Assembly (NCBI GenBank): GCA_947258645.1
Contig: CAMYJL010000007.1
Location: 1-39,751 of the forward strand
DNA length: 39,751 nucleotides
Origin: an uncultured Nitrospinota bacterium
GTDB taxonomy: Bacteria; UBA8248
Reading direction: 5' to 3'
Shown here: positions 18,382-26,526 of the stretch, one piece after another
Position numbering within the stretch: the stretch's first letter is position 1
How the letters are laid out: every line of letters begins with the position of its first letter
Position numbers and translations under genes: made by a program
Notes under the pieces: generated by a model
Database searches by the model: none
Told to the model about the DNA's origin: nothing
Seen by the model: the letters and a program-made list of their open reading frames with translations, nothing else

Positions 18382-18452
18382 GAGCGTATTATGCCACCAA
18401 ATTCCGATACTGGATACTTTTGAAACTTTGGAGGAAAACAGCCGGCCGGGGG

Positions 18453-18731
18453 CTAGAGGGACCGCTCCAGCATCTCGAGCAGGGAATCCGCACGCTCCGA
18501 AACCGCATCGAGACTTTCCTGACGGTTCTTCCGTTCCTGGAAAAGCTCGTTGGCGATGTTCATCGAAGCGAGGAGAGCCACTTTTAAAGGGTCGTTACTC
18601 TGGGAAGCCACCCTATGGATATGCTCGTCCACATACTGCGCAAGCTCGGAAGCATAATTTGAATCGGCCGCGCTCTTCAGGTTCAACTGCTGACCAAAGA
18701 TTTCCACCATAATTTTTTGCGGGGCCATCAT
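18453..18731 (-). CDS. zapA: Cell division protein ZapA
   Basis: Length is 92 aa. The sequence VEIFGQQLNLKSAADSNYASELAQYVDEHI..LKVALLASMNIANEL matches the ZapA pattern, and the gene sits just upstream of ssrS. Confidence 0.8.
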   Translation of the reverse strand: MMAPQKIMVEIFGQQLNLKSAADSNYASELAQYVDEHIHRVASQSNDPLKVALLASMNIANELFQERKNRQESLDAVSERADSLLEMLERSL

Positions 18732-18776
18732 CCATTTCCTCTTTGCAAGCGGATCATCAGTCCTCTAGTCAACCTG

Positions 18777-19037
18777 CTATTCATCCGGAAAACGATGGAG
18801 GATGCGCTCCACCCTGCCGCGCACCTCAACTCTCTCCTTGCTAAGCCGTTCGTTCTCCTGCCGCAGCCTGCTGATTTCGCCGTCTCGCCCGCTCAGGGCA
18901 TCCGCCGCCGAACGCGCCGCATGCTGCGCCTCCTCCACACGGGATTCCATCTTCTTCCGCGTACTGCGCAACTCGGTCAATTCCTCCACAAGACGCTTTA
19001 AGGAAGTCTCAAGTGTATCGAGTTTATCGATAACCAT
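18777..19037 (-). CDS. ZapB-like coiled-coil protein
   Basis: It is an 86-aa all-helical, heptad-rich protein (LETSLKRLVEELTELRS...ISRLRQENERLSKE) directly upstream of zapA. Confidence 0.6.
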   Translation of the reverse strand: MVIDKLDTLETSLKRLVEELTELRSTRKKMESRVEEAQHAARSAADALSGRDGEISRLRQENERLSKERVEVRGRVERILHRFPDE

Positions 19038-19082
19038 GTGTACTCTTTCTCTGTCATGCGTTTTCAGAATGATTGAAATGTA

Positions 19083-19103
19083 GGGTCATTCTAGGTATGA
19101 CCC
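19083..19103 (-). terminator. Stem-loop downstream of pheT (weak terminator candidate)
   Basis: GGGUCAU-ACCUAGA-AUGACCC forms a 7-bp stem 24 nt after the pheT stop. The tail is only moderately U-rich (UACAUUUCAAU). Confidence 0.3.
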
Positions 19104-19126
19104 CGGTTAGCGTCAAGAAAAGACGC

Positions 19127-21568
19127 TCAACCTCGCAGGCGGGCCCCCAAGCGTTTCTCAAGCTGGCGAACAATTTCCCAGAAAGTTTTGTCCACTTCCT
19201 CGTCGTTCAGAGTGCGGTCCGAATTACGAAAAACAAGCGAATATGCAAGGCTTCTCTCGCCCGCCGCCGAGAGCGCGGCGTCTCGGTAAATATCGAAAAG
19301 GGCAGAAGATTCAAGTAGATCGCCGCCCTGCTCCCGTATGATCCCCTCGACTTCGGCGTGGGAAATTTCCTTCTTCACCACGATAGCCAGATCGCGCAGG
19401 CTGGCCGGAAAGCGCGGGAGTGGCCGAAAGCGCAGGGGGGGCTGTTCGATTTCGGCGAGAGCCTCCAGATTTAATTCGAAGGCATAAATTTTCCGCCGGA
19501 TTCCCCATCGCTCCTGAAGATTCGGACGCAGTTGCCCAATCACCCCGACCTCGGCGACGCCCGCATAGATCGAGGCGGACTGGGCGGGGAGAAACGCGCC
19601 CTTTTCATTCTCCACCGGCCTGAACTCGAAAAGCGGGAAATGAAGAGCCCGGCCCATGCGCTCCAGCGCACCCTTGAGATCGAAAAGGCGGCCGGGCAGG
19701 GCTTCGTCTCCCCCCGGCACGGGGGACTCCGGCCAGAGCGAGCCCGCCGCTCCATCCACCGAAAGCGCGGCCAGACGCCTCACTTCCGTGGGAAGGGGCG
19801 CACCCGGATTCAAATGATACGTTCGCCCGATCTCGAAAATCCCGACATCCTCCACGCCGCGATTGAGATTGAGCGCCGCGTTTTCCAGGAGACCCGCCAG
19901 AAGCGTCGTCCGCATGACGTCCATCTCGGCGCTGAGCGGATTCCGCAAGGGAACCAGATCCGCCCCCGCATTCTGCAATAAATCGAGGTCGGCGCGGTTC
20001 ACGAAACTGTAGTTCAGGGCCTCGCAGAAACCCGCCGATATCATCTCCTCGCGCACCTCGCTTTCCAGCCGCCGGAGCGCCGGCGGGCGTTGGGGCGGAA
20101 TGGAAGTCGCGGGCAGCGTCGAGGGGATGTTGCCGTAGCCCATCCTGCGGGCCACCTCTTCGATCAAATCAATTTCGCGCTCGATATCATGCCGGAAAAC
20201 AGGGACTTCCACCTGAAGGGCACCCTCTTTCAGTTCGCCCACCTCCATCCCGAGAGCCGTGAGCTGCGCACGGACCCCGGCGGGCTCGACCTTGGTCCCC
20301 AGAAGTTTCGAGGCGCGATCGATTCGAAGCCGCACACTCACCGGCCGGACCGGGGCCGGGTGGGCGTCCACTTCGCCTTCCGCTATCTCGCCGCCCGCGG
20401 TCTGGCGAATCAGATCGATCGCCCAACTCGCGGCGCGAAGCGTTCCCGCCGGGTCCACTCCCCGCTCGAAGCGGTAGGAGGCTTCCGTGCTCATGTTCAG
20501 CCGCCGGCGGGTGGCCCGGATGGTGGCGGGCGCGAAGTAGGCACTCTCGAGAAGAATGTCTTTCGTATTCAGGCCGACCTCGGAGTTGAGTCCGCCCATC
20601 ACGCCGCCGATGGCGACGGACTGCTCGGCGTCGCAGATCATGAGGTCGCCCTCGTTCATCTTGCGCTCCTGACCGTCCAGCGTGGTGAAGGAGCCGTCCT
20701 CCGTCCGCCAGCGGCGCACCACGATGCGCGGGCCGGCGAGGCCGCTCATATCGAATGCGTGGAGGGGCTGGCCGAGGGAGAGCATGACGTAGTTCGTCAC
20801 ATCGACGACGTTGCTGATCGGACGCATCCCGGCGGCGCGGAGGCGGCGCTGCATCCAGGCGGGAGAGGAGCCGATCTTCACCCCCTTGATCACCTTCGCC
20901 ACATAGCGCGGGCACTTTTCCGGGTCGAGTATCTCCACGCCGCAGAGCGCATCCGTCCGCTCGCCGAGTTCTTCTTTCGGATTCATGTCGGGAAGCTTCA
21001 GGGTTTTTCCCAGAATGGCGGCCACCTCGCGGGAGACCCCCAGCAACGAGAGACAGTCGCCGCGGTTGGGCGTGATCCCGACGTCGAAGATCACATCGTC
21101 GAGACCGAGCACGGGCGCGGCGGGCTCTCCCGGCGCGGGGTTCCCACTGAGGACGAGGATGCCGCCGTGATCGTCTCCCATTCCGAGCTCTCGCTCGGAG
21201 CAGATCATCCCGTGGCTTTCTTCGCCGCGAATGCGGGCGGGCTTGATCTGGAGCCCGCCCGGCAGGGTGACGCCCGGACGGGCCAGAACCACCCGCTGGC
21301 CCGCCGCGACGTTGGGCGCGCCGCAAACAATCTGCCGCTCTCCTCCGCCGTCGTTCACCCGGCAGAGCTTCAGCTTGTCGGCATTGGGATGCTTTTCGGC
21401 GGCGAGCACCTCGGCGACGACGAGGTGCTGCAGGCCCTCCCCGGGCTGCTCGACCCCTTCGACCTCGACCCCCGCCATCGTCAGCGCATCGGCGATCTGA
21501 TCGGGAAGAGACGGATCGGCGAGATCGAGATCGACGAACTCAGCCAGCCATTCCAGACTCAAGCGCAT
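19127..21568 (-). CDS. pheT: Phenylalanine--tRNA ligase beta subunit
   Basis: It has an N-terminal tRNA-binding domain (KLKLCRVNDGGGERQIVCGAPN), B3/4 and B5 regions, and a C-terminal FDX-ACB-like domain. Length is 813 aa. Confidence 0.97.
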   Translation of the reverse strand: MRLSLEWLAEFVDLDLADPSLPDQIADALTMAGVEVEGVEQPGEGLQHLVVAEVLAAEKHPNADKLKLCRVNDGGGERQIVCGAPNVAAGQRVVLARPGVTLPGGLQIKPARIRGEESHGMICSERELGMGDDHGGILVLSGNPAPGEPAAPVLGLDDVIFDVGITPNRGDCLSLLGVSREVAAILGKTLKLPDMNPKEELGERTDALCGVEILDPEKCPRYVAKVIKGVKIGSSPAWMQRRLRAAGMRPISNVVDVTNYVMLSLGQPLHAFDMSGLAGPRIVVRRWRTEDGSFTTLDGQERKMNEGDLMICDAEQSVAIGGVMGGLNSEVGLNTKDILLESAYFAPATIRATRRRLNMSTEASYRFERGVDPAGTLRAASWAIDLIRQTAGGEIAEGEVDAHPAPVRPVSVRLRIDRASKLLGTKVEPAGVRAQLTALGMEVGELKEGALQVEVPVFRHDIEREIDLIEEVARRMGYGNIPSTLPATSIPPQRPPALRRLESEVREEMISAGFCEALNYSFVNRADLDLLQNAGADLVPLRNPLSAEMDVMRTTLLAGLLENAALNLNRGVEDVGIFEIGRTYHLNPGAPLPTEVRRLAALSVDGAAGSLWPESPVPGGDEALPGRLFDLKGALERMGRALHFPLFEFRPVENEKGAFLPAQSASIYAGVAEVGVIGQLRPNLQERWGIRRKIYAFELNLEALAEIEQPPLRFRPLPRFPASLRDLAIVVKKEISHAEVEGIIREQGGDLLESSALFDIYRDAALSAAGERSLAYSLVFRNSDRTLNDEEVDKTFWEIVRQLEKRLGARLRG

Positions 21569-21635
21569 TTTATGGATTCCAGATTCAACCCCCGCGACGG
21601 ACGCAAAGCCCGCCCAAGGCAGACCGGCTCCGGCC

Positions 21636-22748
21636 CTAGAACTGCCGGAGCATCCGAAGATCGTTTTCGAAAAAGAGGCGGATGTCGCTGATCCCGTAGC
21701 GGAGCATGGTCACGCGCTCTACCCCGATGCCCCAGGCGAACCCGCTCCACTCCTCGGGGTCGTACCCCACAGCCTCGAACACCGCCGGGTCCACCATGCC
21801 CGCGCCGAGAACTTCTATCCACTCTCCGCCGGCGAAATGATCGGCGGAGATGTCCACCTCGGCGCTGGGTTCGGTGAACGGGAAAAAGCTGGGCCGCAGC
21901 CGGATGCGGAATTCGGGGCCGAAAATCTCGCGCACGAAGGTTTCGAGAGTTCCCTTCAGATCGGCGAGAGAGACGTTCCGGTCCACATAGAGCCCCTCTA
22001 TCTGATGAAACATGGGGGAATGCGTGATGTCGGCGTCGCAGCGGAACACCTTGCCCGGTGCGATGACCTTGATCGGCGGGGGCTGGTTTTCCATGACGCG
22101 CACCTGTACCGGCGAGGTGTGGGTGCGGAGGAGAACATCGTCCGAGACGTAGAACGTATCCTGCATGTCGCGGGCGGGGTGGTCTTTTGGAATGTTCAGG
22201 GCCTCGAAGTTGTAATGGTCCAGCTCGATCTCGGGCCCCTCGGCGACGGTGTAGCCCAGCCGCGTGAGAACTTCGGTGATGTCTTCCATCGTCTGGACGA
22301 TGGGATGTTTGTGACCGAGCGTCGGAACCCGCCCGGGAATCGTCAAATCGATTTGCGACCCCGTGGCGGCAGCCGCATCCTGGAACTGGATGACTCCCTC
22401 CGGGATTTCAATCGAACCGAACAGGAGGGCCTTTCCGCCCCGGCGCTCGATCTGGGACTCCACAGCCTCGCGGGCCGCACCGGCGTCGCTCCGTTTATAG
22501 GCGGCGGCCGCGTTTTCGATGAGCCCCTTCAGGCGGTTTGCCACCGGGCCAATCACCCGTTTCTGGTCCGGCGGGAGGTCTTTCAACCCCCGCGTCACAT
22601 CCGTGAGCAGGCCGCCTTTCCGCCCCAAGTAGCGAAGGCGGATTTCTTCGGCGGCATCGGCATCCTCCGCCCCGGCGATCGAGGCGACCGCTTCGCGCGC
22701 GAGCTCATGTAATTCGTTTTCGGTGACCACGATCCTGCCGCCTTTCAT
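21636..22748 (-). CDS. pheS: Phenylalanine--tRNA ligase alpha subunit
   Basis: Class II core motifs are HPARDMQDTFY, FRCDADITHSPMFHQIEGL, RPSFFPFTEPSAEVD and GFAWGIGVERVTMLRYGI. Length is 370 aa, longer than the ~330 aa norm. Confidence 0.95.
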   Translation of the reverse strand: MKGGRIVVTENELHELAREAVASIAGAEDADAAEEIRLRYLGRKGGLLTDVTRGLKDLPPDQKRVIGPVANRLKGLIENAAAAYKRSDAGAAREAVESQIERRGGKALLFGSIEIPEGVIQFQDAAAATGSQIDLTIPGRVPTLGHKHPIVQTMEDITEVLTRLGYTVAEGPEIELDHYNFEALNIPKDHPARDMQDTFYVSDDVLLRTHTSPVQVRVMENQPPPIKVIAPGKVFRCDADITHSPMFHQIEGLYVDRNVSLADLKGTLETFVREIFGPEFRIRLRPSFFPFTEPSAEVDISADHFAGGEWIEVLGAGMVDPAVFEAVGYDPEEWSGFAWGIGVERVTMLRYGISDIRLFFENDLRMLRQF

Positions 22749-22768
22749 TTCTCCAGAAATGTTGCTGC

Positions 22769-22798
22769 AAAAAAGGCCCCGCCCTTCCGGACGGAGCC
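22769..22798 (-). terminator. Rho-independent terminator/attenuator between rplT and pheS
   Basis: The minus-strand sequence GGCUCCGUCC-GGAA-GGGCGGGGCC forms a 10-bp stem including G-U pairs. It is followed by UUUUUU and ends 20 nt before the pheS ATG. Confidence 0.6.
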
Positions 22799-22823
22799 TG
22801 AATTTCTCACCTTCGCTGGCGGC

Positions 22824-23180
22824 TCAAGCTGCGGCCCGGGCAATCTCCACGAGCTTGGCAAACGCGGGCGGATCGGAAACCGCCAGATCTGCCAGCATTT
22901 TCCGGTTCACTTCCACGCCCGCCTTGTTGAGACCGTTAATGAAACGGCTGTAATTCATGCCTTCGGCCAGCCGGACGGCGGCGTTGATGCGAACGGTCCA
23001 CAGACGTCGGAACTCGCGCTTCCTGACGCGGCGATCGCGGTAGGCGTAGGCCATCCCCCGAAGGACGGTCTCCTTGGCCGAGCGGTAACGCTTTGAGCGC
23101 GCGCCGCGGTTCCCCTTCGCCGCCTTCAGCAGGCGCCGGTGGCGTTCCCGGCCCGTGGGATTTGCTGTCGAACGAGGCAT
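22824..23180 (-). CDS. rplT: 50S ribosomal protein L20
   Basis: Recognised sequences are [23 protein letters not shown] and [31 protein letters not shown] lies 7 nt upstream of the ATG. Confidence 0.97.
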   Translation of the reverse strand: MPRSTANPTGRERHRRLLKAAKGNRGARSKRYRSAKETVLRGMAYAYRDRRVRKREFRRLWTVRINAAVRLAEGMNYSRFINGLNKAGVEVNRKMLADLAVSDPPAFAKLVEIARAAA

Positions 23181-23410
23181 CTAACCGTCCTTTCCCATAT
23201 CATCCGGCGAGGCCAAATCCATTTGAAAGAATCGTATCAAACAGGAGCCTCAAGCGGCCGGAATAAATCGTCCGGCTGCGCTTCATCAACGCGCCGGACT
23301 ATACCCGGAGGGCTGCTCTTTCTGCAAGCATACCGGGAACGGTATATCACACCGTCCGCACAATTTCGCGGACCGATAAGTAAATATTTGATTTTTATTA
23401 CTTTACACCA

Positions 23411-23608
23411 TTAACTGTACGGGAGGAGCTTGCGCACGGGCCCCAGATCGGCGTCGGAAACGAAAGTACTATGCCTCATCTTCCGCTTCCGCTTGGTGGT
23501 CTTTTTGGTGAGGATATGGCGGCGATGGGAGTTGTTGCGCTTGATTTTCCCGCTCCCTGTCACTTTGAAGCGCTTCGCCGCCCCTCTGTTGGTCTTAAGC
23601 TTCGGCAT
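23411..23608 (-). CDS. rpmI: 50S ribosomal protein L35
   Basis: The sequence is [36 protein letters not shown]; length is 65 aa. Confidence 0.95.
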   Translation of the reverse strand: MPKLKTNRGAAKRFKVTGSGKIKRNNSHRRHILTKKTTKRKRKMRHSTFVSDADLGPVRKLLPYS

Positions 23609-24353
23609 CGGGCGTCCCTTCTTCCGGTTTGTTTTCTTCTTTTTCTTTCAATTCAGCCGATTCGCCGGAGGCGTCGTCCTCTCCGACCGCCCCGGCTTTT
23701 TCCAGGGCTTCAGCGAGAGGCGTCTTCACAGAGTCGGCCTCACCCGCCTGGGGGGGTTTTGTACCAGATTTCCCATCCCCCCCGCCACTGCTTTTGGCCT
23801 TTTGCGCGGCTTTATTCGGGGCCAGCACCATGGTCATGTTCCGGCCCTCGAGCAGGGGAGGCTGTTCAACTGTACATATTTCAATGAGTTCGTTCGCAAC
23901 ACGCTCGAGAAGCTTGCGGCCCAGGTCGGGATGGGTCACCTCCCGCCCGCGGAACATGATCGTCACTTTCGCCTTGTTACCGTCCGTCAGGAAGCGCATG
24001 GCATGGTTTTTCTTGAATTCGTAGTCGTGCTCGTCGATTTTGATTCGCATTTTGACTTCCTTGAGCTCGACGATTTTCTGCCGCTTTTTGGCTTCCTTTC
24101 CCTTTTTCTGCTGGGTGTACTTGTAGCGGCCATAATCCATGATCTTGCAAACGGGGGGGTCGGAATTCGGGGCGACTTCCACCAAATCCAGATCGCGGTC
24201 TTCGGCGGCCACAACGGCATCTTCGAGTTCCAGAATTCCCATCTGCTCACCTTCTTCGTCCACCACCCGGACCTGACGCGCGAGAATATCCCGGTTGACG
24301 CGGGGCCCCGTTATCGTCGGCCGAATATCTCTTCCGCGCGAGCGCATCGCCAT
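23595..24353 (-). CDS. infC: Translation initiation factor IF-3 with a ~71-aa low-complexity C-terminal extension
   Basis: The IF-3 core runs [60 protein letters not shown] 24353 has GGAG 7 nt upstream and lies 1 nt after the thrS stop. The ORF start at 24452 would lie inside thrS. Confidence 0.9.
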   Translation of the reverse strand: MAMRSRGRDIRPTITGPRVNRDILARQVRVVDEEGEQMGILELEDAVVAAEDRDLDLVEVAPNSDPPVCKIMDYGRYKYTQQKKGKEAKKRQKIVELKEVKMRIKIDEHDYEFKKNHAMRFLTDGNKAKVTIMFRGREVTHPDLGRKLLERVANELIEICTVEQPPLLEGRNMTMVLAPNKAAQKAKSSGGGDGKSGTKPPQAGEADSVKTPLAEALEKAGAVGEDDASGESAELKEKEENKPEEGTPDAEA

Positions 24354-24354
24354 C

Positions 24355-26232
24355 TTAATTCTCCCCAGGGGAGAAGGCCCGGGATTCCACGTCCGAGCGA
24401 ATCTGCCGGAGAACGTCCTCCAGCCCCAAGGCGCCGGTGTCTCCCTTACCACGAACCCTGAGCGCCACCTGCCCGGCCTCGGCCTCGCGCGCGCCGATGA
24501 CGAGCATATAGGGAACTTTTTCCATTTGTGCCTCCCTGATTTTTTTCCCTATCTTCTCATTCCGGAAGTCTGACCGGACGCGCAGCCCCCCGCCGCGCAG
24601 AGTTTCTTCTACCTTTTTTGCGTATGGAATCTGATCGTCCGTGATGGTCATGATCTTCGCCTGGACGGGAGCTAGCCATGTCGGGAACGCGCCCGCGAAA
24701 TGCTCGACCAGGCCGCCCACGAAGCGCTCCATCGAACCGAGGACGGTCCGGTGGATCATCACCACAAGATGACGCCCGCCGTCCGCCCCGACGTACCTGA
24801 GATCGAAGCGCTTGGGCAGGTTGAAGTCGAACTGAATGGTGGGGCCCTGCCATCCGCGGCCGAGGGCATCCAGCATCTTGATGTCGATCTTTGGTCCGTA
24901 GAAGGCCGCCTCCCCCTCGATGCGCTTATAGGGTATCTCGCGGATTTCCAGCGCCCGCTTGAGGGCCGTCTCGGCGGCTTCCCAGTCTTCGAGGGTTCCC
25001 GCGTACTTGCTGAAGTCGTCCGAATCGTGAACCGAAAGCTCGACCTCGAAATTCTCGTACCCGAAGGTTTCGAGCATGAAGCGGGCCAAATCGATGACGG
25101 CCACCACTTCGTCTTCGGCCTGCTCCGGCGTGCAGAAGATGTGCGCGTCGTCCTGGGTGAACCCCCGGACCCGAAGCATCCCGTGCAGCACGCCGCTTCG
25201 CTCGTAGCGGTAGACCGTACCCATCTCGGCTAGCCGGTAGGGCAACTCCCGGTAGCTCCGGGTTTCCTGCTGGTAGATGAGAATATGGCCCGGGCAGTTC
25301 ATCGGCTTGAGCACATATTCATTCTCGTCGATGTTCAGGACGTACATGTTCTCGCGGTAGAAGTCATAGTGCCCGGAGATTTTGAAAAGCTCGTCGCGCG
25401 CGATATGGGGAATGGTGACAAGCTGGTAACCGCGTCTTTCGTGCTCGTCCTCCCAGAAACGCTCGATGGTCTTCCGGAGGATGTTGCCGTTCGGCTGCCA
25501 GTAGATAAGCCCCGGCCCCGCGTTCTCATCGACGAGGAACAGGCCGAGCTGCTTGCCAAGCACGCGGTGATCGCGAGCCTTGGCCTCTTCGAGTTTCTGG
25601 ATATGGGCGTCCAGCTCCTCGCGGGTGCGGAAGGCGATCCCATAGATTCGCTGGAGCATTTTGTTCTTCTCATCGCCCCGCCAGTAGGCACCCGCGACAC
25701 TGAGAAGCTTGTAATGCTTGAGCTTGGCCGTCGAGGACATATGAGGTCCTCGGCAAAGATCCACGAAATCGCCCTGCCGATAGATCGAAAGGGCTTCCCC
25801 TTCGGGAAGGTCGTTGATCATTTCAACCTTGTAAGACTCTTTGCGCTCCTCGAACAGCTTGAGAGCCGCGCCCCGGTCGATATCCTCCCGTTCGATTGGG
25901 AAGCCGCGCTTGGACAGCCTGGCCATGCGCTTTTCGATTTCCTTCATATCCTCGGGCGTGAAGGGGCGCTCGTAATCGATGTCGTAGTAGAAGCCGTTGT
26001 CGATGGGGGGACCGATGGTGAGCTGCGCGCCGGGAAAGAGCTCGAGCACCGCCTGGGCCATCAGGTGGGCGGTGCTGTGACGCAGGATCTCCAGCCCTTC
26101 CTCGGAGTCGAGCGAAACGTACTCGACCTGAGCATCCGGGGATACGGGACGGTCAAGGTCAACGAGGTTCCCGTTCACCTTGATGGCGATTGCGTCTTTG
26201 GGCGGTTTTTTCAATTCAGAATGAACGGCCAT
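24355..26232 (-). CDS. thrS: Threonine--tRNA ligase
   Basis: It shows the editing-domain motif HSTAHLMAQAV, a class II catalytic core and an anticodon-binding domain. The start is ATG 26232 or GTG 26307; neither has a good SD. Only the distal half of the N-terminal TGS domain is recognisable. Confidence 0.95.
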   Translation of the reverse strand: MAVHSELKKPPKDAIAIKVNGNLVDLDRPVSPDAQVEYVSLDSEEGLEILRHSTAHLMAQAVLELFPGAQLTIGPPIDNGFYYDIDYERPFTPEDMKEIEKRMARLSKRGFPIEREDIDRGAALKLFEERKESYKVEMINDLPEGEALSIYRQGDFVDLCRGPHMSSTAKLKHYKLLSVAGAYWRGDEKNKMLQRIYGIAFRTREELDAHIQKLEEAKARDHRVLGKQLGLFLVDENAGPGLIYWQPNGNILRKTIERFWEDEHERRGYQLVTIPHIARDELFKISGHYDFYRENMYVLNIDENEYVLKPMNCPGHILIYQQETRSYRELPYRLAEMGTVYRYERSGVLHGMLRVRGFTQDDAHIFCTPEQAEDEVVAVIDLARFMLETFGYENFEVELSVHDSDDFSKYAGTLEDWEAAETALKRALEIREIPYKRIEGEAAFYGPKIDIKMLDALGRGWQGPTIQFDFNLPKRFDLRYVGADGGRHLVVMIHRTVLGSMERFVGGLVEHFAGAFPTWLAPVQAKIMTITDDQIPYAKKVEETLRGGGLRVRSDFRNEKIGKKIREAQMEKVPYMLVIGAREAEAGQVALRVRGKGDTGALGLEDVLRQIRSDVESRAFSPGEN

Positions 26233-26332
26233 AAAAGAGGGCTGGTTTCGCCAGAAACTCCTATCTAAGAATCCAAGAAACGTAAGCCCGGCCGGACGCT
26301 TCGCCACGCCGACCGGTTTCTATCAAGCAAGA

Positions 26333-26407
26333 TGGTAGGCGCGGGCGGTTTTGAACCGCCGACCTCTTGCGTGTCAAGCAAGCGCTCTCCCCCTGAGCTA
26401 CGCGCCT
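26333..26407 (-). tRNA. tRNA-Val (anticodon GAC), CCA encoded
   Basis: The cloverleaf was read by hand. Acceptor AGGCGCG/CGCGCCU; D arm GCUC-AGGGGGA-GAGC; anticodon arm CUUGC-UUGACAC-GCAAG; T arm GGCGG-UUCAAAA-CCGCC; discriminator A plus CCA. Confidence 0.95.
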
Positions 26408-26431
26408 TCAAGGGTATCAAAAACCCTGTAA

Positions 26432-26461
26432 ATCATAGGTAAGCGACGCGCCGATTGTCAA
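26432..26461 (-). promoter_or_regulatory. Sigma70-type promoter for tRNA-Val (and probably thrS-infC...)
   Basis: On the minus strand: TTGACA (26461-26456), an 18-nt spacer, then TATGAT (26437-26432). It lies ~25 nt upstream of the tRNA 5' end. Confidence 0.55.
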
Positions 26462-26526
26462 TGGGACGAATTACGACATCAGGGAGAAAACAGTCCCTTG
26501 AATCGGCCGATTCGGAGCGGACACCA

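Noticed and set aside
20090-21691. A 533-aa + strand ORF and a 379-aa - strand out-of-frame ORF (20187..21326) within pheT/pheS.
   Set aside because: pheT and pheS are unambiguous. The alternative frames are R/G/P-rich with no domain resemblance.
25285-26268. Long + strand ORFs opposite thrS (25285..26268), lon (26926..27993), clpX (29279..30175), ftsH (37043..38293), pheS (21837..22712), infC (23430..24461) and the MFS gene (7960..8997 in another frame).
   Set aside because: All lie wholly inside confidently identified genes. All lack SD or start context and have skewed low-complexity composition.
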